A stretch of 64,000 nt of DNA from Macrostomum lignano (lineage: Eukaryota), in contig NIVC01001081.1 in NCBI GenBank assembly GCA_002269645.1, positions 62,001 to 126,000 of the forward strand, written 5' to 3'. Below are positions 26,117-40,484 of this stretch, in pieces; within the stretch, counting starts at the first letter, position 1; each line of letters opens with the position of its first letter. Under the pieces are notes generated by a model, which ran no database searches, was not told the DNA's origin, and saw only the letters and a list, made by a program, of their open reading frames with translations. The translations under genes and the position numbers were made by a program.

Positions 26117-29100
26117 ATGACTGATCATAAGTCAATTTCAGTCATCACGCAGTGTATAAGAGGTCCATCGGCCATAAAAACAACAACGCATTGTCATCGA
26201 AAGCCAAAGCCTGGAAAGAATGGAACTGAAGCAACTGCAACCGATTCAAGACAGGCAAAGACGGATGAAGCCACATTCACTGGAAAAACTGTCGAAGAGC
26301 TTTTAAGTTTTACCAATGGAGATCTTTTAAAGGTATGATTTGACACACATTTGTGGGCTGAAAAAGTTAAATTCTACGATTAATCCTCTATCTTTATACA
26401 TTAGCCCAAAATAATAACTATACCAAGCACAGCTGAACTTCCACATCTGCAACAACTATCATTATTTGCTTATTTTCGCTAAAATTAAACTGATTTTATC
26501 TTATTCTATACATTGGTTTCATAACATTCGAATAATGTTTTTTAGATATGCAAACACTTTGTTCTTTAATAGGAATATTTTGCACGTGTTTGCTGGTAAA
26601 TTATGATGTTTTTACAGTAATCTAAATGCACATACTATGCCAAAAATAATTAATATTTTTGAAAATTTATAGCTTTCTTTATTTTTTAAATATTTTTAAA
26701 CTTTTTTACTTTTAGCAGCCCCAATCTTTAAATATGTTGTTCATTTTATGTTTGTTTCAAAAACATTTTTTAATTGAATCAATTAACTCTGTAACAATAG
26801 ATTAGACAGTTTAATCAAAAAATATAATTTTTCCATATAATCAATCGCAGCTGGTGTTAAAGTTGTTAAGTCTTTAAGTTCAAAAGTTTTAATACAATTC
26901 TAATATAAAAAATCATTTAATAATTATACTAAATTTTTTCCTGCCTCGAATCTTCACAAGATCTTGACCAGCGTCCAATTGACTTTAATTTATAAATTTT
27001 TAAATTATCAGTGATAAAAACACTTTGATTATGTAATTGGCTTTGTTTATTGATATTTTTCTCTTTGAAAGACAATAAATTACTCAATTCTTTTAATAAA
27101 GTCCTAAGATAGGCCATAAATGTTTATGCAATTTAAACTAAATTCTGCACACAATTCTCACAAAATTTTCTGCTTTTTTGTTTTAATTTGTTACATTGGC
27201 TTCTGGTGCATCCTCCCTCCCCCAGGCCTCCCGCCTGCTGGAGTCCCGCTTGGCAGCCAGTCGGGCTCAGATCGCCAGCCTGACGTCCTCGAACTCCGGC
27301 AGCCTCGACGCCTCCCGCCTGGCGGCTCTCCGAGCCGAGCAGAGGCAGACCCTGCGGCTGTGCGAGGGCCTCTACCGGCTCAGCATGGACGACGAGGATG
27401 GCGAGACGAAGCCGGCCAAGACCGCCAAGCAGCAGCTGAGGAAATCCGTCGCATTCCAAGAATCCAAGACCTCCTCAACGCCAGCCTCCGATGCCTTCAT
27501 CCGCTCCAGCCTCGCCGAGCTGCGGTCCCGCGCCGAGTTGGAGGCGGCGAAGCCTCCGCAGCAGCCGTCGACGACGACGCAGAAGTCGAGAAGTCGCGAC
27601 GATCTCGACGCTACGGAGGGCGAGACGGCGGTTCGTCGGCGCTACCAGGAGCTGCTGCGGTCCCGCGTCAAGGCGATGTGGTCCGACTTTGACGTGGCCG
27701 GAGCGCGCGAGTCGCCCGGCGGCTGGCATCGGCGACGGCGCTCCGCCTCGCTGGACGGCAGTCTGGAGGGCAGCGGCGGCGCCAGGAAGACGGTGGGGCC
27801 GCTGGTGGCTGAATTCCCCTTCGGTTTCTTCTGAATTCCCCTTTCGGTTCTTTCTGAATTCCATTTTCGTTTCTTTCAGAATTCCCCTTCGGTTTTTTTC
27901 TGAATTCCATTTTCGTTTCTTTCAGAATTCCCCTTCGGTTTTTTTCTGAATTCCCCTTTGTTTGTTCTGAATTCCCCTTCGTTTATTTCTGAATTCCTCT
28001 TTCGGTTCTTTCTGAATTCCCCATCGGTTCTTTCTAAATTCCCCTTTGTTTGTTCTGAATTACCCTTCGTTTATTTCTGAATTCCCCTTTCGGTTCTTTC
28101 TGAATTCCCCTTTAGTTCTTTCTAAGTTCCCCTTCGTTTATTTCTGAATTCCCCTTCGTTTTTTTCTGAATTCCTTTTCGTTTATTTCTGAATTCCTCTT
28201 TCGGTTCTTTCTGAATTCCCCATCGGTTCTTTCTAAATTCCCCTTTGTTTGTTCTGAATTACCCTTCGTTCCTTGCTGAATTCCCCACAGATTTCTCACT
28301 TAAAGTCTTTCCATATTAATCCCTGTTAATCGCTATTAGTAATTGCCAGTAATCCCCGCCCGCCACAGAAGCCGGCCCCCGCCGCAGCCTCCACATCCAC
28401 CCTGGGCCGCACCATCCCGGAGCCGTTCTCCATGACCCTGCGCGAGTCGACAGCCGGGCCGGCCTCGCTTCGCAAGAGCCGCTCGCTGCTGCAGTTCGAA
28501 GCCGAACGGCGACGCCAGCGGGACGAGGAGGAGGCGGCCTGCCGGGTCCGTTTCCACGCCAGCCCCGTGCCGGCGCACGTGCGGATGCCGCTGTTCGAGG
28601 AGCTGAGCGAGCAGCAGCAGGCGCGCCGGAAGGAGATCCGGGAGCGAAGTCAGGAGCGGCTGAAGGAGATTGAGAGGCCATTCAGCTTCGCCTCGGAGTC
28701 TGGTGAGCCGGGGGTTCACTTCAGGAATCAGTCAGATTCACTTCAGGATTCTATCAGCTGCCCTTCAGGATTCTATCAGCCACCCTTCAGGATTCTATCA
28801 GCTACCCTTCAGGATTCCATCAGCTACCCTTCAGGATTCTATCAGCTGCCCTTCAGGATTCTATCAGCCACCCTTCAGGATTCTAACAGCCACCCTTCAG
28901 GATTCTATCAGCTACCCTTCAGGATTCAGTCTGCTGCCCTTCAGAATTCAATCAGCTACCCTTCAGGATTTCATCAGCTACCCTTCAGGATTCCAACAGC
29001 TACCCTTCAGGATTCCAACAGCTACCCTTCAGGATTCTATCAGCTACCCTTCAGGATTCCATCAGCTACCATTCAGGATTCCATCAGCTACCATTCAGGA

Positions 29101-32100
29101 TTCCATCAGCTACCCTTCAGGATTCCATCAGCTGCCCTTCAGGATTCTATCAGCTACCCTTCAGGATTCTATCAGCCACCCTTCAGGATTCTATCAGCTA
29201 CCCTTCAGGATTCAGTCTGCTGCCCTTCAGAATTCAATCAGCTACCCTTCAGGATTTCATCAGCTACCCTTCAGGATTCCAACAGCTACCCTTCAGGATT
29301 CTATCAGCTACCCTTCAGGATTCCAACAGCTACCCTTCAGGATTCTATCAGCTACCATTCAGGATTCCATCAGCTACCCTTCAGGATTCCAACAGCTACC
29401 CTTCAGGATTCTATCAGCTACCATTCAGGATTCCATCAGCTACCCTTCAGGATTCCATCAGCTGCCCTTCAGGATTCTATCAGCCACCCTTCAGGATTCT
29501 ATCAGCTACCCTTCAGGATTCAGTCTGCTGCCCTTCAGAATTCAATCAGCTACCCTTCAGGATTTCATCAGCTACCCTTCAGGATTCCAACAGCTACCCT
29601 TCAGGATTCCAACAGCTACCCTTCAGGATTCTATCAGCTACCCTTCAGGATTCCAACAGCTACCCTTCAGGATTCTATCAGCTACCATTCAGGATTCCAT
29701 CAGCTACCATTCAGGATTCTATCAGCTACCCTTCAGGACTCCATCAGCTACCATTCAGGATTCCATCAGCTACCATTCAGGATTCCATCAGCTACCCTTC
29801 AGGATTCTATCAGCTACCCTTCAGGATTCTATCAGCTACCCTTCAGGATTCTATCAGCTACCCTTCAGGATTCTATCAGCTACCCTTCAGGATTCTATCA
29901 GCTACCCTTCAGGATTCTATCAGCTACCCTTCAGGATTCCAACAGCTACCCTTCAGGATTCTATCAGCTACCATTCAGGATTCCATCAGCTACCCTTCAG
30001 GATTCTATCAGCTACCATTCAGGATTCTATCAGCCACCTTTCAGGATTCCATCAGCTACCATTCAGGATTCCATCAGCTACCATTCAGGATTCCATTAGC
30101 TACCATTCAGGATTCTATCAGCTACCCTTCAGGATTCTATCAGCCACCCTTCAGGATTCTATCAGCTACCCTTCAGGATTCCATCAGCTACCATTCAGGA
30201 TTCCATCAGCTACCATTCAGGATTCCATCAGCTACCATTCAGGATTCCATCAGCTACCCTTCAGGATTCTATCAGCTACCCTTCAGGATTCTATCAGCTA
30301 CCCTTCAGGATTCTATCAGCTACCATTCAGGATTCTATCAGCTACCCTTCAGGATTCCATCAGCTACCCTTCAGGATTCCATCAGCTACCCTTCAGGATT
30401 CTGAACCCACTGACCGCCCACCACCTTGCAGCAGCCCGACCGGAAGCCCCGCGCAGCTCTGCCGCCGCCCCGGCCGCGGCCGCCGACTTCCGCGCCAGGC
30501 CGGTGCCGCCCACCAGCAGCTCCGGAGAGGCCGTCCGCGCCCGGCAGCAGCTGCGCGAGGAGGACGAGCTGCTCCGGCAGATCCGCATCCGCATGCGCTC
30601 CGAGGAGCTGCTGGGCCGCAGCGCCACGCCAGGCGAGATGGCGGACAGGCAGCGCCGGATGGAGGAGCTGCGGAAGTCCCGGCTGGCCGCCAAGTACGGC
30701 GAGGTCGACGACGGGAAGGCAGCGACTTCTTCCAAGCAGAAGCAGCAGAAAAAGCAGAAGAAGAAAAGCCAGCTGGCTGGCGCTGACCCGCCGGACTTCA
30801 AGCGGCTGCACTGGAGCTTCGGCCAGGAGCTGCTGACGTCATCGTCTGCCGCCGTCAGTGCCGCAGGGGGCCGCGTGGCCACCAGGACGAAGCCGTTCAA
30901 ACTGCGGACGGAGCAGCGGCTGCAGCGACGGCCGGGCAGCGCGCCGCAGGCTGCCAGCACCGCGGCCTCTTTGAATATCCCGGCGCCCATGAAGTCAAGC
31001 GCTAAGGTTTGATGGCTCACCGAAGTCTTTGACTGATACTCATTGATCCCCATTGATACTCATTGATCCCCATTGATACTCATTGATCCCCATTGATCCC
31101 CATTGATCCCCATTGATCCCCATTGATTCTCATTGATCCCCATTGATACTCATTGATACTCATTGATCCTCATTGATCCTATTGATCCCATTGATCCTCA
31201 TTGACCCCATTGATTCCCATTGATCCTCATTGATCCTCATTAATCCTCATTAATCCCCAATGATCCCCATTGATCCTCATTGATCCCCATTGATACTCAT
31301 TGATCCTCATTGATACTCATTGATCCCCATTGATCCTCATTGATCCTCATTGATCCTCATTGATCATCATTGATCATTGATCCTCATTGATCCCCATTGA
31401 TCCTCATTGATCCTCATTGATCATCATTGATCCTCATTGATCCTCATTGATCCCATTGATCCTCATTGATCCCCATTGATCCTCATTGATCCCCATTGAT
31501 CCTCATTGATCATCATTGATCCTCATTGATCCTCATTGATCCTCATTGATCCCCATTGATCCCCATTGATCCTCATTAATCCCTAATCTATCCTTAATGA
31601 TCCCAACTTGATCCCCACCGCAGCCGGGTTCCAACGGCGCAGTCGCGGACTTCGCCACCCGCTCCCGGCACACGCTGGTTCGCTACGAGGAGGCACCGCC
31701 CGCCCGCCTCACCCAGTCAGCGATGCTGCGCGAGGCCCGTCGCGACGCCGAGCGCCAGGCTGAGGAGCGGCGCCGGCGCCAGACGCGCTCAACGACTACG
31801 AGGCGCCAGGCGGTGCAGCGAGAGCTTGCGGAGTCGGTGCGGGCGAGCGTCAGCCTGGCGGCCGCGGGCTCGGGGCCCAGCATCTCGGAGCGAACGAGGG
31901 AGAAGCTGGAAGCTCAGCGGTGAGCTCAGCGGTGACTCAGGATACCTAGTCTCGAATTCTCTATCCTCAATCTCAGATCCCCAATCTCAGATCCCCAATC
32001 TCAGATCCTCAATCTCAGGTCCCCAATCTTAGATCCCCAATCTCAGATCCCCAATCTCAGATCCCCAATCTCAGATCCCCAATCTCAGATCCCCAATCTC

Positions 32101-33086
32101 AGGTCCCCAATCTTAGATCCCCAATCTCAGATCCCCAATCTCAGATCCTCAATCTCAGGTCCCCAATCTCAGATCCCCAATCTCAGATCCTCAATCTCAG
32201 GTCCCCAATCTTAGATCCCCAATCTCAGATCCCCAATCTCAGATTCTCAATCTCAGATCCTCAATCTCAGATCCCCAATCTCAGATCCCCAATATCAGAT
32301 CCCAAATCTCACTATTCAATCCCAAACAGGGAGCAGGAAGAGGCCTACAAGCAGAGGCTGCAGGAGATTAAGGAGAAAATGAAGCAACGTGATCTCCTGG
32401 TTGTGCAGCAAGCGAAGGTGAGCTCCGTTCCTGAACCCTTGCATCATTCGTGAGTCAGGCTGTCGTTTGACTGCTGGAATTTCCTCTGCAATATTTTCCC
32501 TCAGCTGATTGCGCAACAGCGAGCCCAGGCCAAGTACCGCAAGACCCTGGAGGAGGCGGGCCTGGACCCCAAGGAGGTGGACGAGAATGCCAAACAGTAC
32601 CAGGAAGGAGACTTGCAGTCCTACACCCAGGAGTTTGAGGAGGACTATGAGCGGGACTCGCCAGGTAAGCTGCTCATGACCTCACTCATGACCTCACTCA
32701 TGAACTCACTCATGACCTCACTCATGAACTCACTCATGAACTCACTCATGAACTCACTCATGAACTCACTCATTAACTCACTTATAAACTCACTCATGAC
32801 CTCACTCATGAACTCACTCATTAACTCACTTATAAACTCACTCATGACCTCACTCATGAACTCACTCATAAACTCACTCATGAACCCACTCATGAACTCA
32901 CTCATTAACTCACTCATGAACTCACTCTTATTTCAAAGTACATCGTGAACTAATTTTTTTGCCCTCCCAACCGCCCCTGCAGCGGCAGTCAGCGAAGAAG
33001 ATGAGGAGGTCAGCGACCGGGTCAGCAGTGGCAGTGGCGGGGAGCTGGGAGCCACAACTCGCGCGGAGGCTGCGGTGGCCGAGTGA
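26117..33086 (+). CDS. FAM161: FAM161 family ciliary/microtubule protein (UPF0564). Exons: 26117-26332 (tentative), 27226-27792, 28369-28702, 30432-31006, 31624-31919, 32330-32417, 32505-32664, 32983-33086
   Basis: Phase-consistent GT-AG chain. Motifs TIPEPFSMTLRE, EEEAACRVRFHASPVPAHVRMPLFEEL..RPFSF, FRARPVP, PPDFKRLH, TRTKPFKLRT, EAYKQRLQEIKEKMKQRDLL match FAM161A/B. AATAAA at 33166. Confidence 0.9.
27808..28290. repeat. 22-23-bp minisatellite (CTGAATTCCCCTTTCGGTTCTTT); FAM161 intron
   Basis: Tandem units. Confidence 0.92.
28735..30402. repeat. 22-bp minisatellite (TCAGGATTCTATCAGCTACCCT); FAM161 intron
   Basis: Tandem units. Confidence 0.97.
31033..31615. repeat. 10-bp minisatellite (CATTGATCCY); FAM161 intron
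   Basis: Tandem units. Confidence 0.95.
31965..32310. repeat. 14-bp minisatellite (AATCTCAGATCCCC); FAM161 intron
   Basis: Tandem units. Confidence 0.95.
32672..32926. repeat. 12-bp minisatellite (ACTCACTCATGA); FAM161 intron
   Basis: Tandem units; same family as 54905-57710. Confidence 0.95.
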
Positions 33087-33779
33087 GCAGTGATGTGGCT
33101 GAAATTATTGTTTTTCTTCATAAAGTTTGTACTGTTACATTTTTCTGTTTTTTATTGTCTTGTTAAATAAAGCTAGCAAAATCCCTAGTTTTCTACTGAC
33201 CAAATCGTTTCCAGTAGGCTAATCCGAATTTTATGTTAAAGTCTAAGCGTATGAAAATATCAATGATGCAAGCATTTATCTAAGACAGATTATAGTTAGC
33301 AAAACAGCTAGGCTATACTCTCACACACTGGCTGTGAAACCACTTGACATTCATCTTTACCAAGAATATTTTATTTATCTTATTCCTAGCAGTAGCATAT
33401 AAAGCATTCCTTCCGCTTTCCCTTCACAGAATTTTTATGCACCATTTTTTGTTATTTTCTGCAAATAGTGGTTTTTATTGTAAACTTATAAGGATTTCAT
33501 AAGGATCTGTGTGTCGGAATTTGCTCAACTGGAGTGAGCAGCTTCATCAGGACTGTGTATTGTAATTTAAAAACTGGTTATTCGCGCTACCCTTATCATG
33601 CTGTAATAACTTGATTTATTATTTCTGTGTTACAGATGCACAATATTGCCAGGTGCAAAATTTGGGTTAATAAAATTGCTTAAACTGAACTATATTGTCC
33701 TTTTTTGAGCATCACGGCTGCAAAATGCAAATCTAATTGGTTTAACTTTCTTCCTTAACTTACGTAGCAACTATCTTGA

Positions 33780-36496
33780 TATTGACACCTGCAGATTGGG
33801 ATATAGACACCTGCAGATTGGGACATATGGACATATGGGACACTGCAGATTGGGATACAGACACTGCGGATTGGGATACAGACACTGCGGATTGGGATAT
33901 AGACACTGAAGATTGGGATATAGACACTGCGAATTGGGATATAGACACTGCGAATTGGGATATAGACACTGCGAATTGGGATATAGACACTGCGAATTAG
34001 GATACAGATTGGGATATAGACACTACAGATTGGGATATAGACACTACAGATTGGGATATAGACACTACAGATTGGGATATAGACACTACAGATTGGGATA
34101 TATACACTACAGATTGGGATATGGACACTACAGATTGGGATATAGACACTGCAGATTGGGATATAGACACTACAGATTGGGATATAGACACTACAGATTG
34201 GGATATAGACACTACAGATTGGGATATAGACACTACAGATTGGGATATAGACACTACAGATTGGGATATAGACACTACAGATTGGGATACAGACACTACA
34301 GATTGGGATACAGACACTACAGATTGGGATATAGACACTACAGATTGGGATATAGACACTACAGATTGGGATATAGACACTACAGATTGGGATACAGACA
34401 CTACAGATTGGGATATAGACACTACAGATTGGGATACAGACACTACAGATTGGGATATAGACACTACAGATTGGGATATAGACACTACAGATTGGGATAT
34501 AGACACTACAGATTGGGATATATACACTACAGATTGGGATATAGACACTACAGATTGGGATATAGACACTACAGATTGGGATATAGACACTACAGATTGG
34601 GATACAGACACTACAGATTGGGATATAGACACTACAGATTGGGATATAGACACTACAGATTGGGATACAGACACTACAGATTGGGATATAGACACTACAG
34701 ATTGGGATATAGACACTACAGATTGGGATATAGACACTACAGATTGGGATATAGACACTACAGATTGGGATACAGACACTACAGATTGGGATATAGACAC
34801 TACAGATTGGGATATAGACACTACAGATTGGGATACAGACACTACAGATTGGGATATAGACACTACAGATTGGGATATAGACACTACAGATTGGGATACA
34901 GACACTACAGATTGGGATATAGACACTACAGATTGGGATATAGACACTGAAGATTGGGATATAGACACTGCGAATTGGGATATAGACACTGCGAATTGGG
35001 ATATAGACACTGCGAATTGGGATATAGACACTGCGAATTGGGATATAGACACTGAAGATTGGGATACAGACACTGCGGATTGGGATACAGACACTGCGGA
35101 TTGGGATATAGACACTGAAGATTGGGATATAGACACTGCGAATTGGGATATAGACACTGCGAATTGGGATATAGACACTGCGAATTGGGATATAGACACT
35201 GCGAATTAGGATACAGATTGGGATATAGACACTACAGATTGGGATATAGACACTACAGATTGGGATATAGACACTACAGATTGGGATACAGACACTACAG
35301 ATTGGGATATAGACACTACAGATTGGGATATAGACACTACAGATTGGGATACAGACACTACAGATTGGGATATAGACACTACAGATTGGGATATAGACAC
35401 TGCATATTGGGATACAGACACTACAGATCGGGATATAGACACTACAGAATGGGATATAGACACTGCAGATTGGGATATAGACACTGCATATTGGGATATA
35501 GACACTGCAGATTGGGATATAGACACTACAGATCGGGATATAGACACTACAGAATGGGATATAGACACTGCAGATTGGGATATAGACACTGCAGATTGGT
35601 ATGCAAACACTGCAGATTGGGATATAGACACTGCAGATTGGGATATAGACACTGCGAATTGGGATATAGACACTGCGAATTGGGATATAGACACTGCGAA
35701 TTAGGATACAGATTGGGATATAGACACTACAGATTGGGATATAGACACTACAGATTGGGATATAGACACTACAGATTGGGATATAGACACTACAGATTGG
35801 GATATAGACACTACAGATTGGGATATAGACACTACAGATTGGGATATAGACACTACAGATTGGGATACAGACACTACAGATTGGGATATAGACACTACAG
35901 ATTGGGATATAGACACTGCATATTGGGATACAGACACTACAGATCGGGATATAGACACTACAGAATGGGATATAGACACTGCAGATTGGGATATAGACAC
36001 TGCATATTGGGATATAGACACTGCAGATTGGGATATAGACACTGCAGATTGGGATATAGACACTGCAGATTGGTATGCAGACACTGCAGATTGGGATATA
36101 GACACTGCAGATTGGGATATAGACACTGCAGATTGGTATGCAGACACTGCAGATTGGGATATAGACACTGCATATTGGGATATAGACAGTGCAGATTGGG
36201 ATACAGACACTTCAGATTGGGATATAGACACTGCATATTGGGATATAGACACTGCAGATTGGGATATAGACACTGCAGATTGGGATATAGACACTGCAGA
36301 TTGGGATATAGACACTGCAGATTGGGATATAGACACTGCAGATTGGGATACAGACACTGCAGATTGGGATATAGACACTGCAGATTGGGATATAGACACT
36401 GCAGATTGGGATACAGACACTGCAGATTGGGATATAGACACTGTAGATTGGGATATAGACACTGCAGATTGGGATACAGACACTGCAGATTGGGAT
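33780..36496. repeat. 21-bp minisatellite (GATTGGGATATAGACACTRCA), ~2.7 kb with duplicated blocks of variants
   Basis: Tandem units. Confidence 0.98.
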
Positions 36497-37134
36497 CTCA
36501 GATTGGCCTCACGCCTGGCTACTATACTTTGTAAAAGAAGCAGTTGATTGCCACAGTGGCTTATACAACAATTTTCGCCCCAATAAGTTATTAAACAGTC
36601 GCCCATATCAAGCGAATCGCTGTCACTCGCAGAGAGAAGTTTCATCGAGTTTTTTTAAACCGAAATGATGATTCTGTGTGGAACAAAAGATCGGGCACAC
36701 AGTGCCGTGTCTGCAGCCCCTCGCCAACCAGATGTTTGCCACGCGGGGAATTTCGGACTCCAGCCTTTAATTTCTTCGGCCTGTTCAAGCAGATTTTGAG
36801 CAGAAGAATTGCTTTTTTCTTCAGCTAAATAGACTAGAAATTTGTTTTCGCGCTCTCCAGATGGTTCCGCCAAGTTTCTGTGCCCAGAGCTCTGCTTTCG
36901 CCAAGCCTTGTCGGGGTTTCGCTTCCCACTGTTCCTCTCAATTAATAATCTTTTTAAATGAGCCTCATCTAGCAATTATTTTTCAACTTTTACTCTGGTT
37001 TCTCGCAACATCTCGCTTCTCTGATGAGCTTCGATGCAGGGCGCCAGTCTCGTACATTTATATCAAATTATAAGTAAGATTTATGAAATATTGGGGGTGT
37101 GATATATGAGAGATGAGAAGTGAGATCTCATAGC

Positions 37135-37565
37135 TCACAGATCTCATAAATCTCACCCTCTATTTCTGACAAATCGCCACCCTCCATTTCTCACAGCTCT
37201 CACCCTCCATCTCTCAGATCTTACCCTCTATCTCTCACAGATCTCACCCTCAATCTCTCTCAGATCTCACCCTCCATCTCTCACAGATCTCACCCTCAAT
37301 CTCTCTCAGATCTCACTCTCCATCTCTTATGGATCTCACCCTCCATCTCCCACAGATCTCACCCTCCATTTATCACAGATCTCACCCTCCATTTATCACA
37401 GATCTCACCCTCTATCTCTCACAGATCTCACCCTCTATCTCTCACAGATCTCACCCTCTTTCTCTCACAGATCTCACCCTCCATCTCTCACAGATCTCAC
37501 CCTCCATCTCTCACAGATCTCACCCTACATCTCTCACGGATCTCACCCTTCATCTCATAGATCTC
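37135..37565. repeat. 23-bp minisatellite (CTCACAGATCTCACCCTCCATCT)
   Basis: Tandem units. Confidence 0.93.
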
Positions 37566-38721
37566 AGAAGATCGATGAGGTTACAGAAGCTGTCATTTCA
37601 TTCCCGAAAAAAATAAAAATTCTGGGAAAAGAAGCCAATTAGCCCATGCTCCATCACATGCAGCCTTTCTAAGCACGGTTGTAGCAAAAGCCAAACACGG
37701 GATTCTGCATGAGGTCTGCTTGCTTCATCTCTCTCTCTCTCTCTCTCTCTCTGGCTCCGACCTCCCGCAGAGCAGAAGAGACTCCAGCTGGTTTTTTGGA
37801 GGACTGAAAACTGCTCTGAATCTTTCTGTTAGTCAGTCCACTGAGTGCTGACTTGAGTATAGAGGTGGGCAGACAGGGATAACTGGGATGATTTTTGGAC
37901 TGAGAGACGGAGCCAAGTTAGTTTGGGATTTGCAAGCGTTGCACCTTGACTGGAGTGATTTTGTTGGCTGAGGTTCGCACCGTGGAGCACCCCTGGGCAA
38001 GAATTCTCTGGATTGCAAGCTGGAGGCTTTGAGCTTCCAATCCAGATTTCAGATCTAACGAAATCCATGGACTTCAGCTATCTGGCTTCACTCTCCAATA
38101 CGATGCACATGTAGGGAAATGTTTTAGGAACCAATTTGAGTAAGGAGGGGAAGTTGACTGTCTTATCCCCTGCAGTCAGCCCGGTTCTCCCAGCCCCCCG
38201 GTGAGTCTGCGGGTGATGATGAAGAAAAAGCCGGGAGAAGCTGGATGTCTCCCCGGAAAAGATTTGGGAAGAAAGAGCAACAGTTTGCGGCTTTCCCATG
38301 GCGCCCCGCAGGGTCGCACCGCCCCCTCTCTCCATCTCACTTTTTCTCCCACTCTGCAATTCCTTCCAGTCGCGCATTGCTCGCGAGTCCCGCAGCAGTC
38401 TTTGAGTTGCTTGGCGTCTGCTGCAGCTCAGGGCGGGGCAGTCCTGCATTGTCTTCCGCTCTCATCGCCACCTCCTCTCAACTTGCCAGCACCTGTAAAG
38501 CCATTGTTGTCTTGAGTCCCACTGCTGCTCTGCTCAGTCTTCGGCTTTTGAAAGACACGGCAGAGGCTGAGAGGCCGCCTTCTCGCGCAGCCCAGATTTC
38601 ACAATTCTCAAAGGCAGAAAACACGATGCGGACTTGGAGTGGAGCTGCACAATGCAATGCTTTCAAGCGGGTAACATCAGCTTAACCCAGTGTGTTCTTG
38701 TCTGCCTGTCAGGTGCAAAGA

Positions 38722-39408
<687 letters not shown>

Positions 39409-40436
39409 TCCCCAAGCTGATTCGCAATTTAATTGGCAATTTCTTTCTGTGTGGCGAACTTGTTGCAGAAACTCAGATGATGATGCGAGGATGACTGGGA
39501 CATGCAAAATCTCATCGCGCGAGTCCCCTCTCTGCTTTCCTACCTGTGTCTCCCAGCGGGGTGACGGGGTGGAGGCTGCAGCTGATAAATGAATTATTCA
39601 CGGCCTCATCGCGGGGCCCTCCGTGAAACAGATTTGAATGGCCGACCCTCAGCCAGGACCGGCCGGACACCCGGAGATGAACTGCTGCTGCTGGGCCACC
39701 CGCACTACCTGTGCTGGACTCTGACAAATCCCTAAAGCCCAATGTTTGGGGATTTTATTATATATCAGTGGCGGGATCCCACATCCCAGAGCAGAACTCA
39801 AAGCCATATAATCCGCCTCGCTGCGTCCCCATCTCTAATCCGCACCTGGCGGAGGCTGAGAGCTGAGGGGTTGACAGAAACTTGTTGATGATGGCGCATG
39901 CGGGACTGCGGCTTCTGCTGCTCCTGTGCCTCCCTGATTGTCTCCGCAGCCCCATTGTTGCGGCTGCTGCTGCCCGCCTGAACGAGCAAGCAGACTTTGG
40001 GGCAGAGAAAAAAAGCAAAATAAAAACGAAATGATGGCGCGCAGAAACCTGCGCGGGTCTGTAAGGGGGGGGGGGTAAGCTCCCCAGAAATTCCCAAAGC
40101 AAAGCAGAGGCAAAAGACAAGCGGCGGGAGGAGGCCCAAACATTTCTCCCGCATCTCCTCTGTTTCTGGGGCTCCGGCGGTTTTTTGGCTTTTTTTCTGT
40201 TGTTGACCGCCGCCACTTGGTGTGGTGAAGCCTTTTCTGAAGTCTTCTTTCCTTGAAGCAGAAGTTGCCTCGGCTGTCGCCGGCAAGAGGCATCCAACAA
40301 TTGATAGGAGCGGCCCTGCTGAGTCTCCTCATTCCCAAATTAGGGGTCTGCAGGCCCTTTTTCCTTTCGCAGAGTCAACTCCTCAAAGTTCCTAGGCTTG
40401 TCACGGTGAGTGGGAGGCCAAGCTTCCAGGTTTCCC

Positions 40437-40484
<48 letters not shown>

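Noticed and set aside
28432-31012. 555-aa and 780-aa ORFs as single-exon genes
   Set aside because: They are FAM161 exons read through a 22-bp intronic array; GT-AG sites with matching phase flank the array
33913-36534. (LGYRHYR)n and (DWDIDTT)n ORFs
   Set aside because: 21-bp satellite open in multiple frames; no non-repeat coding context
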